Below are positions 62,432 to 64,000 of a stretch of 64,000 nt of DNA, piece by piece (positions within the stretch are counted from its first letter, which is position 1; the number at the start of each line of letters is the position of its first letter). The stretch comes from Spirochaetia bacterium (GTDB lineage: Bacteria; Spirochaetota; Spirochaetia; SP-2023), in the NCBI GenBank assembly GCA_965263485.1, contig CBDHHO010000003.1, positions 26,359-90,358 of the forward strand. The letters run 5' to 3'. Position numbers and translations under genes: made by a program. A model generated the notes under the pieces. It searched no databases, was not told the DNA's origin, and saw only the letters and a list, made by a program, of their open reading frames with translations.

Positions 62432-63739
62432 TCAGGCTGTCTGTTCCCGCAGCTTTTCTGATTCGCGGAATTCTCTCGCCTGCGCTAACTTCGTGAAGTG
62501 TACTTCTGTATTTAGCTCATCTTTTACTGCATCTTCAATTTCTTGAATATTATCGATAAAGAAAAATTCTTTCCGGTCGTTAATCATATTTACCCGTCTG
62601 TTTTCGAAAATGCCGTGGAGTTTGTTTTCCAGGGCAGGTGCGTCATCTGTGCTAATCATCGCATGTACATCAAATTCAAAGGGCACCGATGCATCTCCAA
62701 GTTCTTTCACACGATCCATCGGTTCCAGCCGACGGGTCATCCCTATCTTAAAAACGCGCTCTCCAAAAGAACCTATGTTAGATATTACATATACGTGTCC
62801 TGTTCGGGTTTGCTGTGCCATTGATAAGGCCCGTTCTTTGCTTTCCTCTGCTTCTTTTAATTGCTGTTCCAGAAGGGCTATTTTCTCATTTAAAGTATTT
62901 AGTTCATCTCCCTGCAAATTCTGAGCTTCCTTCATAGCTTCGTCTAACGCTGTTTGGTATCGTTTCTCTTCTTCTATTGCTTCCTTTTCCGCTTTTGCAA
63001 TCTCGCGCCTGACTTTTTCTTCCTCGCGCATTTGTTCTTTTATCCGTCTTTGCTCTTCCTTTTCCTCATTCAGTTTCTCCTGGTATTCGTGAACCAGATG
63101 CAGCTCTTTTATTTTCCAGTTCCGATAATGGCCAGATATACGTATATCACTGCTTTCTCCCAGCTTATTTATCGTGTCAAAAGAGGTGCTTATTTTATTC
63201 TTCATGTGGTCAAAGTTATTCCACTTAACTTTTTTAATAACGCTATCACAATCATTATTAAAAACGCGCAGCATCAACTTCATTTGATCTCTACGTCTCT
63301 TTTTCTCCTCCTTGGAAATATTTCCATCGTGCAAAAGCATTGCTTTCTTTTCTTTAATCATTGCTTTTTCTTTCTCTATAATACGATTCAGCTCCTGCTT
63401 ATATTTTTCAGCCGTCTCAAAGTCATATTCGGCCTCATATACGCCCGTTTCTATAACAGCAATTGAGCTTTCCAATTGCTCTAAATATGCTTCTCGGTCT
63501 CCGATTTCCTGCTCTAAGATCTCCTGCTGTCTTTGTGTCTGCTGCATGTGGATCCCTGCTTCATCAAGCAAAGCCTGGACTCTTGCAAGCTCTTCATCTT
63601 TGTCTATAACACCCTTAAACCGCCTGCGCAGAGCTTTTGTCTTTCCAACATATATAAAAAGAATCGTTAGCGTAATTAAAAATGCAGCTAAAAACATAAT
63701 AAATCCTCCATCTATCAGAACACTTGAAATAACCCTCAC
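62432..63739 (-). CDS. Membrane-anchored DUF4041 + T5orf172 (GIY-YIG-like) protein
   Basis: N-terminal TM, coiled coil, GHVYVISNIGSFG..KIGMTRRLEP..RV.ELGDASVPF.FDVH. Confidence 0.9.
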   Translation of the reverse strand: MRVISSVLIDGGFIMFLAAFLITLTILFIYVGKTKALRRRFKGVIDKDEELARVQALLDEAGIHMQQTQRQQEILEQEIGDREAYLEQLESSIAVIETGVYEAEYDFETAEKYKQELNRIIEKEKAMIKEKKAMLLHDGNISKEEKKRRRDQMKLMLRVFNNDCDSVIKKVKWNNFDHMKNKISTSFDTINKLGESSDIRISGHYRNWKIKELHLVHEYQEKLNEEKEEQRRIKEQMREEEKVRREIAKAEKEAIEEEKRYQTALDEAMKEAQNLQGDELNTLNEKIALLEQQLKEAEESKERALSMAQQTRTGHVYVISNIGSFGERVFKIGMTRRLEPMDRVKELGDASVPFEFDVHAMISTDDAPALENKLHGIFENRRVNMINDRKEFFFIDNIQEIEDAVKDELNTEVHFTKLAQAREFRESEKLREQTA

Positions 63740-64000
63740 AACACCCTCAAAAATTCAGCATTGCAATACCACTGCTCCCCTTTGCTCGGGTAAATGCTGC
63801 GCCCAGAACCATCCATATACTCGAAATGAGGGCCGGTGTGGTCCAAGCGGAACTTCTTTATAGTCGCTTTTCCTTTGAGTGTAAAGACATAAACCCGCCC
63901 GCTGATAGGCTCCTGGCACACCCGCAGCAGTACGTTTGAGCCGTCGGGGATGATGTCGGCCATGCTGCCCCCCTCAATACGCACCGCAAAAACTTTTTCC
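63736..64000 (-). CDS. S24 peptidase domain of a CI/LexA-like repressor; runs off the window end
   Basis: FAVRIEGGSM..IPDG..ATIKKF (Ser-Lys dyad). Confidence 0.8.
   Translation of the reverse strand, partial: EKVFAVRIEGGSMADIIPDGSNVLLRVCQEPISGRVYVFTLKGKATIKKFRLDHTGPHFEYMDGSGRSIYPSKGEQWYCNAEFLRVL

Larger units (their letters stand above)
51446..64000. mobile_element. Rearranged/decayed prophage region, continuing beyond the window
   Basis: Spike, terminase, tape measure, chaperone, lysozyme, S24 repressor; many truncations; no integrase or capsid seen. Confidence 0.85.

Overview
Bacterial window, probably a spirochaete (inferred from stand-alone groES, a surE-TPR-NHL gene run and spirochaete-style lipoproteins). 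It has three zones. (1) 1-17 kb is accessory DNA: a defence-type ATPase, an AlbA/Schlafen protein, a mosaic of restriction-modification fragments around one intact type III Mod, a Ni/peptide ABC operon with a frameshifted binding protein, a heptamer-repeat phase-variable lipoprotein and an IS1595 element. (2) 17-51 kb is core genome: glpK, glpA-like gene, desaturase pseudogene, tRNA-Pro(GGG), HD hydrolase, phosphosugar mutase, pyrC, sbcDC, secA, NagD-like HAD, can, MBOAT, surE and groES. A modular MITE family (GGGCACCTCTAAAAA...TTTTTAGAGGTGCCC, 4-bp target duplications) fills many intergenic spaces. (3) 51.4-64 kb is a rearranged prophage remnant. The best novelty candidates are a baseplate-spike::lysozyme fusion coupled to a signal-peptide gene (effector/immunity-like pair), an array of self-promotered small paralogous genes next to M23 fragments, a leaderless antisense membrane peptide, the module-shuffling MITEs and the phase-variable lipoprotein. 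All family calls come from motif recognition, not database searches.
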